Under the pieces are notes generated by a model. The model saw only the letters and a list, made by a program, of their open reading frames with translations. It was not told the DNA's origin and ran no database searches. Below are positions 29,043 to 39,219 of a stretch of 64,000 nt of DNA, in pieces. The position numbers and the translations under genes are program-made. Source of the DNA: a virus; IMG/VR virus record IMGVR_UViG_3300042384_001374, positions 1 through 64,000 of that record. One strand, given 5' to 3'. Within the stretch, counting starts at the first letter, position 1; the number at the start of each line of letters is the position of its first letter.

Positions 29043-31288
29043 ATCATGCCATCCTTCTCTCTAGACTTTGAAGTTTACTGCGGCACTTGCGGCGCGGGAC
29101 TTTGCAATCAATCCAATACCCGAACATCGCGTCATCGAGGCGAGCCCCAAGTGACGGTGGAAGTGTGTCAAGACTGCGTACAAAAAGCACTTGCTCCGCT
29201 AGAAGACAAAATTGAGCTGCTTGAGTCGCAACTGGAAGACGCTCAAGAGCAAATCAGCCAACTCGAAGAACTCGTTTCTTGAGCCCTCCGGGCGTGGGGA
29301 ATAAATGTTCACCATCAAACAAACAACATGACACTAGCCCAACTCATCGAAGCCTGCGGAGACGACGTGACTTTTCAAGTCCTTAACGCCTGTCTGCACG
29401 GCAACCAAAAACTGACCAAACACGGCACCCAAATCACCTTTATTGCACCGGGCATCGAATTAGTAGATTTAGTGCGCAAAGAACCCGATCAAATGGGATT
29501 TGTAGTGTGGTTGCCAGGATCTAAGGTCAGGGAAATTCAAAATTCGTTGGAATGATTGTGCTCGCCTTCTTTTTCTCAGGCATGGCCGTATTGCTCTTCC
29601 AGCAGGCCGTAGAAGCCTTCAAAAGAGTTTACTGCGACTGGACAGCCATCCTTACTTACAAGCCCGTCAAATGCCGCTACAAGCCCCACAAATCTTACTC
29701 CGTCATTTTCAAAGCATGAAGCTTTTCAAACTCCGGCTTCGTTTGAAGTCCGCCCGCAAAAAACTCGCCGAGCAAAAAGAAATAAATCGCAAGCTCTACG
29801 AGCAACTTTCCGTTTCTACCGCCAAGAACAAAACTCTTTACGCCGACAACGTCACACTCAGATGGAACGCACGCAACCCATGAATCCAATCAACTTGGCA
29901 CTTGTTTCAAATGGCTGGAAAATATGGCCCAATCCATTTGGTGAAAAACAAACGACTTTTTTGGCTAAAAGCTTTGAAGGTCACGCTAAATGTCGATGTA
30001 ACGAAACAAAAAACAAACAAATTGAAATCTACCACCACCACCCGCAAACAATCAGCGGTCACCATCTCTACGCTACATGGAGCATTGAATGCAATGGAGA
30101 GCTTCCTGATGGTGAATGGCTAAGAATAAAAGTTGGTGGGCTTACAGATTTAAAAACCATTGAAGAAATGGTCGAAAGACTGCTTTTTATTTGGGATCAC
30201 GCTGTTTCCATCACCCCAAAAATCCCTAAACATGACCGATAACTCGCCTATCAACATCTCCAAACAGCCGGTGCCTGAAGGTTGGATTCTCATCGCAGGC
30301 AAAAACCTCACCAACATCGCTCGCCCCGCCAAAATTGCGTTCCGCATTGCAGAGTCATCACCCGCAAAATGCGGCCACCCAATTTCCGCAGGCATTATTA
30401 TCCAAACACAGGACAAAGAAGCGTGGGATGCGGCACAAGCCAAAAGCGAAGCCCGCAGAATCAGAGAGTCTGTTTATCCATCCCGCACCAAAAAAACCTC
30501 TAGCAAACCATGAACACGTCCGTCATCATCCCCGCCAAGATCCAAAACACCGCTCCGAAACCGACAAAATCCCAGCTTGCCGAAGCTTTGTTGGATCGCG
30601 CTTTCAAAGCACATGTAGCCAATGAAGCTGAAAAAGAACTCAAGCGTTCCGCATTGGAAGAAGAAGGATTCAAATTGGTCATTGAGGAGTTCAAAAAAGT
30701 CATTCCAAAATCGGAAAACATCAATTTTTACAACCAATGGAGACCCGGTTGCGAAGCAAGCGTGACTGTTTCCGTAACGTCGGCCAAAATCAAAGCCATC
30801 CAAATCAAACTATCCAAGCTTCACGAATGCAGCTTCGACCGGGACGGAACCAAAAAGCGCATCACCGATGGCCTCAAAACCCCCAATCCGTTGCTTGGCA
30901 ATGAAGACACGGCCAAAGCTCTGGACGCGCTCCTTGCCACTTTGATGGCTCCGCAAACACCCGCTTTGATTACCGTAGATGTATGAGCGCGTTGCGCTTG
31001 AAAAAAATTTGTCATGATTATCCAACCCAAACTCAACTTTGCCTTGCTCGGCACGGGATACGACAAGCAAAGGCTTGATAACACCCGCACCTACACCGCT
31101 CGACTAGCTATCAACCAGCCCGACTGGCAAAAAATGGGCAAGGTTTTCGTTTCGTTCGACAACGATGACGAAGAGCCATCCATACTGCTTAAACGCAACG
31201 ACTACGACATCATCGAAGCTTAATTTTAGCCGTGGCTAAAAAACCGCTTTCAAAGCCTGCCTCATCCCGCCACGTTCCCAACTATTCC

Positions 31289-32140
31289 ATGACCGATCAA
31301 TTCAAAAAACAACTCCAAAGCTTTCCAAGTCCGTTTTTACGGGCAATGCAGAACAACGTTTACACCAAAGGTGATTCGCAGTTTAGCGTCACCCAGTTGA
31401 TCGGCCCTCCGCAGCGAACATGGCTGGCGACACTACACGAGAAGCAGGAGACGCCTTACAGCTCGTTCGCCGCCTTCCTCGGCACCGCAATGCACGCTGT
31501 CTTGGAAGCCAACGTAGACCCATCACAAGGCGAAATCGCGGAAGAGCGCATGTTCGCCACCATCTGTGGAGCCAAAGTGAGTGGCCAGCTCGACCATCTT
31601 GAGAAAAAAACGTTGTTCGATTATAAGACGACACGCGGAGCGCAAGACGCGATGAAGCCAGACCACCGAACACAGGTAAATGCGAACGGCTACCTTGCCA
31701 CCCTCAACGGACACGAAGTGGAGCATGTCGCCATCGTTTACATCCAAATGGATTGGTCCTACATGCAGAGTAGTTTAAACCCTCTGTATCCTCAAAGCCC
31801 TTACAAAATCTTTGTTGAAGACTACGACCAGCAAAGCGCTATTGATTTTTTCAACCGCGCCATCCCCGAACACCTCGCCGCGCTCGAAGGAAAGCCCCGC
31901 GAATGCACACGAGACGAAAAATGGCAAAAAGACGACAGCTACGCTCTGATGAAAACCGGAGCCAAGCGGGCATCCAAAGTTTGCTCTACACGCGCCGAAG
32001 CCGAATCTTTGATCAAGCCCGGCCAGTTCATTCAAGAACGTCCCGGCGAACGCACTTTTTGCTCTTCGTTCTGTGGATTCAATCAATGCCCTCAAAAAAA
32101 GCGTGAAGACGCGAAATCTGTAAAACCAGAAGAACCATAA
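31289..32140 (+). CDS. PD-(D/E)XK (Cas4/RecB-like) exonuclease
   Basis: FSVTQL, GTAMHAVLE, SGQLD, DYKTT and a C-terminal Cys cluster. Confidence 0.8.
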   Translation: MTDQFKKQLQSFPSPFLRAMQNNVYTKGDSQFSVTQLIGPPQRTWLATLHEKQETPYSSFAAFLGTAMHAVLEANVDPSQGEIAEERMFATICGAKVSGQLDHLEKKTLFDYKTTRGAQDAMKPDHRTQVNANGYLATLNGHEVEHVAIVYIQMDWSYMQSSLNPLYPQSPYKIFVEDYDQQSAIDFFNRAIPEHLAALEGKPRECTRDEKWQKDDSYALMKTGAKRASKVCSTRAEAESLIKPGQFIQERPGERTFCSSFCGFNQCPQKKREDAKSVKPEEP

Positions 32141-32830
32141 ACTCCGATACCTGCTTTTGTTTGATGTTTATCGTCTTAATCGGTGGTTGCTCGTTTACCG
32201 CACATTCATGGCACAATGTCCTCAAAGAAGAAAAACGAACCCAATCGGTCGAACGCCTCGAAATCCTCAAAACCACCGGAAAAATTCCTGAACGATGAAA
32301 AAGAAATTGATCAAGCCCGTGTTGAAGCGTGAAGAACGCTGGAAACTTGGCAAGCTGACCTGTGCCGAGCTTGCCGAGTTGGTGGTCGCCGCGCTGGAAA
32401 CCGACATCAAGCGCAATGACACGAACGAAGCGCTGCGCCTGCGCTACGCCCACGCGCGCAACCTCGAACTGCTCAAGCTGTGCGGCACGCTTAAGGCGTC
32501 CTACCATGCCGCCCACTGCCGCACGGCCGTCCACTTCACCAAGGTGCCTACGTTGGTGCTGACGGCCACCGGAGGCAAGCCTAAGGCGTCTTCGATGCCG
32601 CCGTTCACCGCGTCACTCAAAAAGCTGGCCGCTCAACACGGGGTTGTCATCCATCGTTTTGGTAAAGGCGCTTTCATCCTCGCCAAAAATCCCCCAAAGC
32701 CTAAACCCGTCACTACTGGCCTTTGTGACAAATCATTCAGTCTTGTCCGTTAAGCGCGTTGCGCTTGGGAATTAAGAGCTTTCCAATTTGTTTTAGTTTC
32801 GGCTAAAATCCACACCAACCACACACATTC

Positions 32831-33439
32831 ATGCAAACCTCAGAATCCATTTCAGAAATCGCCGGAGCCATGGTGCTCGCCCAGCAGGCGATGCTTCCGC
32901 TCATCAAGGACAGCAACAACCCGTTTTTCAAATCCAAGTATGCCGACCTCCAAGCAGTCACCGAGGCGTGTTACCCGGCGCTTCAGGCCAACAGCATCTG
33001 CGTGATGCAGTCGGCGGAGTCGCTTGGAGCACTCGGAATCAACATCAAGACCCGCCTGATCCACAAGAGCGGCCAGTTCATCGAGACCGAGTGCGCCATC
33101 CCGCCTGCTGGCCAAGACCCACAGAAATACGGCTCAGCCGTCACTTACGGCCGCCGTTACGGACTCCAAGCTGCCGTGGGACTCGCCGCGATTGACGACG
33201 ATGGGGAAAGCGCCATGAACCGCAACGCCACCAAGCCAGCCGCACAACCCGAAACCACACCCACCCCGTCCGCCACCAACAACGACCCGGCAGTCGTGGA
33301 AAAAATCACCTCGGTGTTTTGGCAGCAGACCACATTGGCCGGGCTTAACGAAATGATGGCGTTGGCCAAAACCAAAGGCTACGGCACGCACAAGGACGTG
33401 GTGTCCGCCTACGACGAGCTAAAGGTCAAGCTCGCCTGA
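32831..33439 (+). CDS. erf: ERF-family single-strand annealing protein
   Basis: KDSNNPFFKSKYADL, LIHKSGQFIE and QKYGSAVTYGRRYGLQAAVGLAAIDDDG. Confidence 0.9.
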   Translation: MQTSESISEIAGAMVLAQQAMLPLIKDSNNPFFKSKYADLQAVTEACYPALQANSICVMQSAESLGALGINIKTRLIHKSGQFIETECAIPPAGQDPQKYGSAVTYGRRYGLQAAVGLAAIDDDGESAMNRNATKPAAQPETTPTPSATNNDPAVVEKITSVFWQQTTLAGLNEMMALAKTKGYGTHKDVVSAYDELKVKLA

Positions 33440-33455
33440 TTCCCCCCCCACCAAT

Positions 33456-33556
33456 GAAGCGGCGGCGTGAAGAAGTCCTAAGCACGCAGTCTGTGAAAGG
33501 CTGGAGGGAATTCACTCAACCTCGGCTTGCCGGTTTAAGGCCCGGCCCGCTTCACC
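33456..33556 (+). tRNA. Atypical tRNA-like RNA with long variable arm
   Basis: Acceptor GAAGCGG/CCGCTTC-ACC, D stem CGTG/CACG, anticodon stem CAGTC/GGCTG (loop TGTGAAA), variable arm GAGG/CCTC, T-arm GCCGG/CCGGC. Confidence 0.55.
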
Positions 33557-33584
33557 CACTCTCACCACACACAAAACAAACGAA

Positions 33585-33866
33585 ATGTCAGAACAATACC
33601 AAATCAAAGGAACCGTCAAGCTGGTCGGTCAAACCGAACAAGTCAGCGACAAGTTCAAGAAGCGCCAAGTCGTCATCACCACGCCGGATGAAAAATACCC
33701 GCAGGATCTGGCGGTTGAATTCACGCAAGACAAATGCTCTTTGCTCGACGCCATCAACGTCGGCGACGAAGTGACCGCTTCCATCAACCTGCGCGGCAGC
33801 GAATACAAAGGTCGCTATTACGTCAACCTGACCGGCTGGAAGATCGAGACCGACCAACCATTCTGA
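33585..33866 (+). CDS. DUF3127-family OB-fold (SSB-like) protein
   Basis: FKKRQVVITT.DEKYPQ...EFTQDKC...NLRGSEY.GRYYVNLTGWKI. Confidence 0.85.
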   Translation: MSEQYQIKGTVKLVGQTEQVSDKFKKRQVVITTPDEKYPQDLAVEFTQDKCSLLDAINVGDEVTASINLRGSEYKGRYYVNLTGWKIETDQPF

Positions 33867-33870
33867 TCCA

Positions 33871-34338
33871 TTGGCCAGCATCCACCAACTCACGACGGCG
33901 GTAAACGGCCAAGACTTCATGACCATCGACAAGGTCACGGTGTCGCGCCAGATGCCGCCGAAAACGGCTCGAAACAACAAGCTGTATTCGTTCGTCGTGC
34001 TGAAAAGCGCGGGGTCTGAAATCACGCTGTCGTTGTGGGACGATGCCGCCAAGTGGAAGTTGCCAGAAGGCGAGATGACCCTGCGCGGTAAGTTCGTCAA
34101 AGAAGACTACCAAGGCAAGCCGTCGTTGCGTTGCGAAGACCTGAGCCCGCCTGAAGGAGCCACGGAGTTCGCCGCGTCCGAGATTGTCGCGGCAGTCACC
34201 AAGCCCTCCATCAAGGATTGCCTTGACGCAGGGATTCGATGCGCCGACTACATGGTCACCAAAAAGCGGCCGGAACTTGCACCTACGGCTTTCACCTTCG
34301 GAGCCAACGCCCTGCTTGCAGGACATCGGCTTGAATGA
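33871..34338 (+). CDS. OB-fold-like hypothetical protein
   Basis: VLKSAGSEITLSLWD...GKFVKEDYQGKPSL pattern. Confidence 0.45.
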   Translation: MASIHQLTTAVNGQDFMTIDKVTVSRQMPPKTARNNKLYSFVVLKSAGSEITLSLWDDAAKWKLPEGEMTLRGKFVKEDYQGKPSLRCEDLSPPEGATEFAASEIVAAVTKPSIKDCLDAGIRCADYMVTKKRPELAPTAFTFGANALLAGHRLE

Positions 34339-34341
34339 CTT

Positions 34342-34391
34342 GGAGACGCCGAGCTAGGAGCAAGAGGGTTCGAGTCCCTCCGGTGTTCTCC
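34342..34391 (+). ncRNA. Minimal tRNA-like element (acceptor plus T arm)
   Basis: Canonical T arm GAGGG-TTCGAGT-CCCTC; closing helix GGAGACGCCG/CGGTGTTCTCC; only a tiny hairpin between them. Confidence 0.45.
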
Positions 34392-34447
34392 CTCACCTTC
34401 CCCTGCTGCGTTCACCGTGCAGACAGACAGACCGGGAAGACACGGTG

Positions 34448-34500
34448 CTCGTTGCAGGTTTGCGTTCTTTGTCGTTTGTGACCTGCAACGAGTTTTCTTT
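34448..34500 (+). terminator. Intrinsic terminator
   Basis: Perfect 12-bp stem CTCGTTGCAGGT/ACCTGCAACGAG followed by TTTTCTTT. Confidence 0.65.
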
Positions 34501-36629
34501 CTGCCGTTTCAGCATGCTTGACACCGCCAAAAATTTTCAACAAAAACGGGCATGGCAAAAACCAAAGCAAAACCCACCAAAGGCGGTGGCAAAGGCATGG
34601 GCAAAGGTTGCAAAACCTGCTAATGCGTCAGAGTTGCCGGTCTCTTCAAAACCGGATTATTTTCTACTGCTCCAGCAGCAAGCGGCTTGCCGCGACCTGT
34701 AAAGCATGGCCAACAACACTGGAGGAAGAAGGCCCCAAAAAACGTTTTGGTAAATGCGGTGAACCATCACCAATAGCGTGAAATCGGTGACACATCGGAA
34801 AGACGGTGCCTTAGGCATGGAGTGGCGCGGTCGTAAGCCGCAGTTCACACCCATAAAACCGACAGTAGCGTCAAGCTGTCACCGGATACGGTCACCGGAC
34901 TTTTTTTAGCCACGACTAAACCAGCGCTCGGGATGACTCAGATAATCCTACTATGAGCTGCGGAGTGCGCGCCCTGAAACTCCCGGCAAGCAAATGTAGA
35001 CATATCCTCTGATGACCAGTCCGGGAAAGTAGCGGACACACCTTCCTCCGTGACCATGGATAGCATGGAACGAAGCGCCAGCAAGTGGGCGAGCCACAAG
35101 AGAGGTCCGTGCTTAGGCGGAACCCTGATCCAGACCGGGAATTATCTAGACGCACATGACAGCGGAGCGATACGCGCTGTCACTTCAATGGTCGGCGTCT
35201 GAGAAGGGTATCGAGTTTGGGGCACGGCCCACGCGCAAGCGGTCATAACAGTCCTCAATAACGACGAGCTAGCCCGGCCACCCCTTTCCTTTCACATCTT
35301 TTGATATTGCACAAATCCTGATTTTCACCTACATCCAACCATCAACGGGAAGGACGTTGCCACTAATGAGCTTAGCCGGGGGGCAAGCTTGGTGCGGTGG
35401 TAGCATCCTTCCCGCCTTTTTTTATGACAATCTACCTCTACAAAACCGCGAAAACTGGAAATGCGCTTCAACAGGCCAAATTGCATCGCGTCCATGAAGA
35501 TTCGGCGATTCAAGCATTGCTGGGACTGATGGTTTTAGAGGAAGAAAATAATCTCGTATTGGTTTTGCTGGACGGGGCCAAATTGGATCGACAAATGATC
35601 ATCGAAAATCTTTGTTTCAACCGCGTTCCGGTCATTCTCATCGTGGCTTCCTCTTTCATCCAGTTCAAATGATCCTATCCGACAAAGCCTTAAAGCTGCT
35701 CCGACTCGCACTCAGCGAAGTGAATCCACATGAGGCAGCCAGCGCGGCCGTTATGTTCATGGCTGAACTCAGGCGTGAAGGAATTACAGCGGAACGGTTC
35801 GAAGGATCGCCAGTGCCGAAAGGCTTCACCCGTGTGAAACGTGAGGATGCTCGTCCTGCGGCTTCAATGCCTCATGCGGGACAAAGCGCCAGCCAAGACA
35901 TTCAAACGCCTTCTAGGACATCTCAAGCACCAAAGAACAACTCTTACGGAGCCTACGAGGGAGAACAGTTGCAGTGGGTATATGAAAACCGTCACCGACT
36001 CTCGAAAAAGATGGCTGCTGCCGTCGTCGAGGAGATGGAGGCGCGTGGATTAATCTAAATTTTAGCCATGACTAAAAAACAACATCCACTTTGCGACATG
36101 TCCAAACCATGGGGCGTGATCAAGTTTGTCCACTTTCGTGACGGCTCCGAAAGGAAATTTTACTCCATGGTCAACAAAATGACAGGCAACCGCATGACGG
36201 CGTTTGATAACGATCCTCCGGGAATTAATGACCCGATGCCATGGATCAAATCGGTGTTCAAGGACATCAGCAAGAAAGCCACCAAAGTTATCGAATACCA
36301 AGGCACCAAGCACTTCCAATGAAAAACTACATGCTCGATGTTGCCTTCACGGTTGAAGGTCCGTGGGACGAAATGGAAGATATTCCTACCGAACAAATTC
36401 TTCTCGGTCTTCAACGCCGACTCACTTCGCTTCTTGAGGCACACACCAACAAAACCGAAGACGTTACCGAAGCTTTCGGTTTTTGCGATTCCTACGAAAT
36501 TGGCGACCCTCCAATTAGTTCCTTTCGTGAAGTGTTGCAACCCAACCCGATGAGAGGTAAGTGGGGAACTGTAATTGAAGCTGATGGGACAGAACGTCCT
36601 GCTGAACCTAATCCCAACTGGAAAACTCC

Positions 36630-37109
36630 ATGAAAATCATTCTCGCAATCGACCCCGGCAATAAACAAAGCGGATGGGCGTGTGTTCAAGACGGCAAGTT
36701 GGTCGGAAGCGGCGTGCTCCCGAACAACGAATTGCTGCATCTCAGCGCTTTCCAGACGGCCGACGTGCTGGCTATCGAGTGGATACAGGCGATGGGCATG
36801 GCGGTAGGTCAAGAGGTGTTTCAAACATGCATGTGGGTCGGGCGGTTTGTTCAGGTCGCAAAAACTTTACAAAACCGTCCAGAAATCCGTTTAGTGCCAC
36901 GCGGAGTCATCAAGCATCACCACTGCGGAAAAACAACCGCTAAAGACGCAAACGTCACTCAAGCACTGCGCGACAAGTATGGCGAAAAAGGAACCAAGAA
37001 AGCTCCCGGCTACTTCTTCGGAGTTTCGTCTCACGCATGGCAGGCGTTCGCCGTCGCCGCTTATATCATCGAAGGCGGAACCCACGCCAACGAAATACAC
37101 CCTCTATGA
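36630..37109 (+). CDS. RuvC-like Holliday junction resolvase
   Basis: ILAIDPGNKQSGW, LAIE, VGRF and HAWQAFAVA. Confidence 0.8.
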   Translation: MKIILAIDPGNKQSGWACVQDGKLVGSGVLPNNELLHLSAFQTADVLAIEWIQAMGMAVGQEVFQTCMWVGRFVQVAKTLQNRPEIRLVPRGVIKHHHCGKTTAKDANVTQALRDKYGEKGTKKAPGYFFGVSSHAWQAFAVAAYIIEGGTHANEIHPL

Positions 37110-37450
37110 TAACGTCCAAACAAGAAAAAGCCGCCGCCATTTATCAAGCCACACTTGCTGTCGCTTCATTTTACAACATCCAAGCCTCTTTGTTGTTGTC
37201 TGAATCCTCATCCAAAAGCAAGCAGCTCAACCGAGGACGAGGTTTGCTGATGAGCCATTTGTTTCGTCAAGGAATGTCGCACGTTTCCATTGGCCGCATC
37301 GTGCAACGATCCACTGACACCGTGCGCACTGGAATTACCCGAGCCGATCTCGATGTCACCGCAGACGAACGCCAGTTAATGGCGGTGTTGCCATTCATTC
37401 CCCATACCATTTTAGCCACAATTAAAAAGCCCTCCGGGCTTGAGAAGTGA
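37106..37450 (+). CDS. HTH DNA-binding protein (DnaA C-terminal-like)
   Basis: RGLLMSHLFRQGMSHVSIGRIVQRSTDTVRTG. Confidence 0.5.
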   Translation: MITSKQEKAAAIYQATLAVASFYNIQASLLLSESSSKSKQLNRGRGLLMSHLFRQGMSHVSIGRIVQRSTDTVRTGITRADLDVTADERQLMAVLPFIPHTILATIKKPSGLEK

Positions 37451-37493
37451 TTGTATCCTCTCCCAAAACAAACAACCCCAAAACACCAGAAAC

Positions 37494-38498
37494 ATGTCTC
37501 ATTTAATTCAATCCCGCGACCGACAATCCGCAAAAACACAAGCTTGGCACGGCTTGACGACCATCGTTGACGATGTCAATCAATCCTCTGCCTTTGGCTG
37601 GGATGTCGTTGAAACGCCAATTCTCTACCGGGTTCCAAATCCAGAGCAGCCCGGTCAGGAAAAAATCATTGAGCACCCGAAATACATGCAGCTTGTCGCC
37701 AACGACGATTACCTGCCCATCGGTGAGCCATACAACAAGGACACCTACACCCCGTCGTCGATCAAGATGCTATGGGAGATCGTGCGCCTCGGTATGGGCG
37801 ATACGCCGCACACCATCGAAAGCGCTGGGTCTGTCGACGACCGTCGCAAAACGTTCATCAGCCTCAAGGTGAGTGACGGCTTTACCATCGGTGACCGTGA
37901 GTTCAAGGACTACATCACGTTGCTCGACAGCTTCGACAAATCGTGCTCGCTCACCTGCCTTTATTCGTCGATCTGCGTGGTTTGTGCCAATACCTACGGG
38001 GCCGCGATGCGGACTGGTAAGGAAGTGGGCAAAGCTAAGCACACCAAGATGATCGACCTGAACGTGCAGCGCTTAATCGACGCCATTGACGCGTTTTCCG
38101 GCACAAGCGCCCATTTCAAGGGTTTGATGCAGGAAGCGTTTGTAACCCCGTGCTCACGAGACGAAGCCCGCGCATGGCTCACCGGCATCGAAGGTCGCAA
38201 CATGGACCGCCCAACCAACGGGTTGCTCCAAAAGTCGGCTCGGATGGCTGATTTGTTCGAGCGCGGCAAGGGCAACGAAGGACGCACCCGTCTGGACGCG
38301 TTTTCGGCGCTCACCGACTTTCACAGTCATGAGTCTTCCAACCGCAAGGGCGAGGACGCGCAATACATGTCCAGCGAGTTCGGCGCGTCGGCTGTCATCA
38401 AGACGCTCGCAGCCAGCCGCTTCAAAGAGGACTGGGAGAAAAATACGCGTCACGGCAACGCGCTGCTCGAACAAGACCGCGTAGCTCTCACCAACTGA
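37494..38498 (+). CDS. DUF932-family protein
   Basis: AWHGL, IESAGSV, YITLLDSFDKS and VVCANT. Confidence 0.8.
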   Translation: MSHLIQSRDRQSAKTQAWHGLTTIVDDVNQSSAFGWDVVETPILYRVPNPEQPGQEKIIEHPKYMQLVANDDYLPIGEPYNKDTYTPSSIKMLWEIVRLGMGDTPHTIESAGSVDDRRKTFISLKVSDGFTIGDREFKDYITLLDSFDKSCSLTCLYSSICVVCANTYGAAMRTGKEVGKAKHTKMIDLNVQRLIDAIDAFSGTSAHFKGLMQEAFVTPCSRDEARAWLTGIEGRNMDRPTNGLLQKSARMADLFERGKGNEGRTRLDAFSALTDFHSHESSNRKGEDAQYMSSEFGASAVIKTLAASRFKEDWEKNTRHGNALLEQDRVALTN

Positions 38499-38886
38499 CT
38501 TTTAGCCACAACTAAAATACAATGCCACACTACGAAATCGAAATCACAGCCAAAAAAATGATCTGCGTCGAAGCCGACGATGAAGATGAAGCTCTGGAAA
38601 TCGCAGAAGAAAATGTTGGTATGGGTTGGGACACGTCAAATGTCCAAACCGAAGACGAATACGACGAAAGCAACCCGCACCACGCTAAGTGGATTGCAGA
38701 ATACAAACGCAACGGTGAGTTTTATTCAAATTAAATCTTCCTTGATGGCCGCATAGCGGAGTCAGGAAACGTGCATACGGACAAAGGCCCGGAAAATGGC
38801 ATTGATGTCGTCTCAAGGCTTCGGACGGAACCGCTACAACGTCATGGTAGCGCCGCAAACGGTAAGCGGCCCTAGCTTTCAAAACA

Positions 38887-39219
38887 ATGAACACCTCATT
38901 CACTCCCGGTTCTTGGAGCGTCTTCAATCCAAGGCTTCGAACCAATCCTTCGTCAGAGCATCGACTTCTTGTCGTTCATCCTGACGGAGAGCGCATCATA
39001 GCCCGCATGGACGAAGGCTTCGTTAATGGGAAAGGAACTATGACGCTGAAAGAAAGAGAGGCCAACGCCCGCCTTATAGCGGCCAGCCCAGACCTTCTTT
39101 CGGCGATTCAGGAAATGTATTCCATGTTCTACGCCCACGAACAATACGACGACAACTCCGCAGCCGCAGTCAAGCTCGCCCGCGCCTCCATTAACCTAGC
39201 CACTGGACAAGAGCCATGA
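38887..39219 (+). CDS. Small phage protein (TPGPW...ANARLIAA family)
   Basis: FTPGSW...EANARLIAASPDLL; paralog at 39988-40326. Confidence 0.65.
   Translation: MNTSFTPGSWSVFNPRLRTNPSSEHRLLVVHPDGERIIARMDEGFVNGKGTMTLKEREANARLIAASPDLLSAIQEMYSMFYAHEQYDDNSAAAVKLARASINLATGQEP

Larger units (their letters stand above)
18937..37447 (+). promoter_or_regulatory. Seven copies of the triloop-hairpin element AGCSC-NYY-GSGCK-(T/G)GRRR
   Basis: Starts at 18937, 20842, 25134, 29282, 30986, 32753 and 37428; all on the + strand at gene junctions. Confidence 0.7.

Noticed and set aside
35005-35065. CTGATGA...GAAA hammerhead-like core
   Set aside because: Stem II has only about 2 bp, and I could not build adjacent stems I and III.
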